From the NCBI RefSeq assembly GCF_006345805.1, contig NC_042999.1, positions 37,448,001-37,512,000 on the forward strand: DNA of 64,000 nucleotides. The letters run 5' to 3'. The translations under genes and the position numbers were made by a program. This DNA is from Octopus sinensis (taxonomy: Eukaryota). How positions within the stretch are numbered: the first letter of the stretch is position 1; every line of letters begins with the position of its first letter. Shown in pieces: positions 62,804 through 64,000 of this stretch. The notes under the pieces are model-generated. The model saw only the letters and a program-made list of their open reading frames with translations, searched no databases and had not been told where the DNA came from.

Positions 62804-63189
62804 ACATAGACATTATAAAACCAATTTGAGAGAGAAAAGAGAAATAGAGACACAGGCATATTTACAGGCTAACCCAAAAGTCTGGATCATTACAAAAACT
62901 TCTTATATTCTAGTTGGGTTGTATTTTATATTTTATCCCTTCCAGATCAACCCAAAGCTTGTGAGTGAAACAGAGTAGATGGAAAATGTGTGGAGGCCCA
63001 ACAAGTAGCAGGCCCATCACCAGCCTTTGATGCCTGATGCTTCCAAATACTCTGGGTGGGCACTAATTTGTATTGTGAGAAGAATTTTGTAAGCTGTATT
63101 TTCTAAATTTGAGGGTGCATCATTGATTAGTGAGGGGGCAGTGTCATCCAGTGCACCCCCTTAAGTCAGTCAGACTTCAAAAAAGTATT

Positions 63190-63254
<65 letters not shown>

Positions 63255-63378
63255 AAAAAGAAAGTCCTTGGTACAGTACCATATATTTGAAAAAAATAAA
63301 TAGAAATGGCATTTCTGATAATTTTTTCACTTTAATAATTAGAAGTTTATAAGTTATTAGGTGTACCTTATTAACATC

Positions 63379-63413
<35 letters not shown>

Positions 63414-64000
63414 GAAATATGTTACAAAAGGAAAATAGGAACTAACGTGGAAATGTAAGGGGGAAGTAGGAAGAAAAATAAGTGAAAATTGCACATTGGA
63501 AATCAAAAAATGTAAAGGTTTTTTATGAAAAGTAATGATAGATATATAAAATTAGATGAACCGAGGTAGGAATAAAAATAATAAAAGTCATTATTGTGAA
63601 TTGTTAAAGAGATTCAAAAGCATACTGGTTTCGTGATATATATATATATATACACATATATGAAGAAAGAACACATGTAAACACTGCACCTGGAACCTCC
63701 CCTACATTGGATCTGAAACTTACAGTGGATTGTGAAATGGCATGCCAGTGAGCATGTGTATATAATTTCATATACAGGTATATTTGTATGGATGCGTGTA
63801 GTGATTTGTTCATGTGCATGTATGTGTAAGTGTTAGGACATGTCTGTATATGCATGGATATCAGCAGGCGCGTCTGTATATGGTACATACATAGATATGC
63901 TAATCTCAACCCTAACTTGATATCCTTATTATTAAAAATACCTTGATTCAAATGAATCCTACAAATAATATACATATATATATATATATATCACCACCAT

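Noticed and set aside
63604-63975. Minus-strand ORF or gtaagt donor near 63720 as ARRDC first exon
   Set aside because: No arrestin-N motif (e.g. Y..G..V.G.V); exon 1 probably lies beyond the window.

Overview
AT-rich, microsatellite-saturated animal genomic DNA. The SINE/LINE repertoire and (TA)n/(TATG)n/(GATA)n load look like a coleoid cephalopod (Octopus-like); that is inference, not proof. Two host genes are supported: a single-coding-exon class A peptide-type GPCR (2643-3638, +) and five coding exons of an alpha-arrestin (ARRDC-like) gene on the minus strand (62580 down to 44754), whose first coding exon was not found in the window. Most of the rest is transposon debris: a near full-length CR1-group LINE, RTE LINEs, three tRNA-derived SINE families, Helitrons, Tc1/mariner, hAT-like, Merlin-like and piggyBac-like MITEs, and Penelope-like (PLE) fragments. 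The most interesting signal is RNA-level and absent from the ORF track: about a dozen type I hammerhead ribozyme (HHR) motifs. These include a 483-bp tandem satellite with one HHR per unit (about 6 units, with an internal inversion breaking next to a ribozyme) and a separate 350-bp terminally redundant intronic element with a well-formed GUC-cleaving HHR. Both look like non-LTR retrozymes (candidate circRNA-producing retroelements). Most short ORFs in the supplied track are microsatellite or repeat noise.
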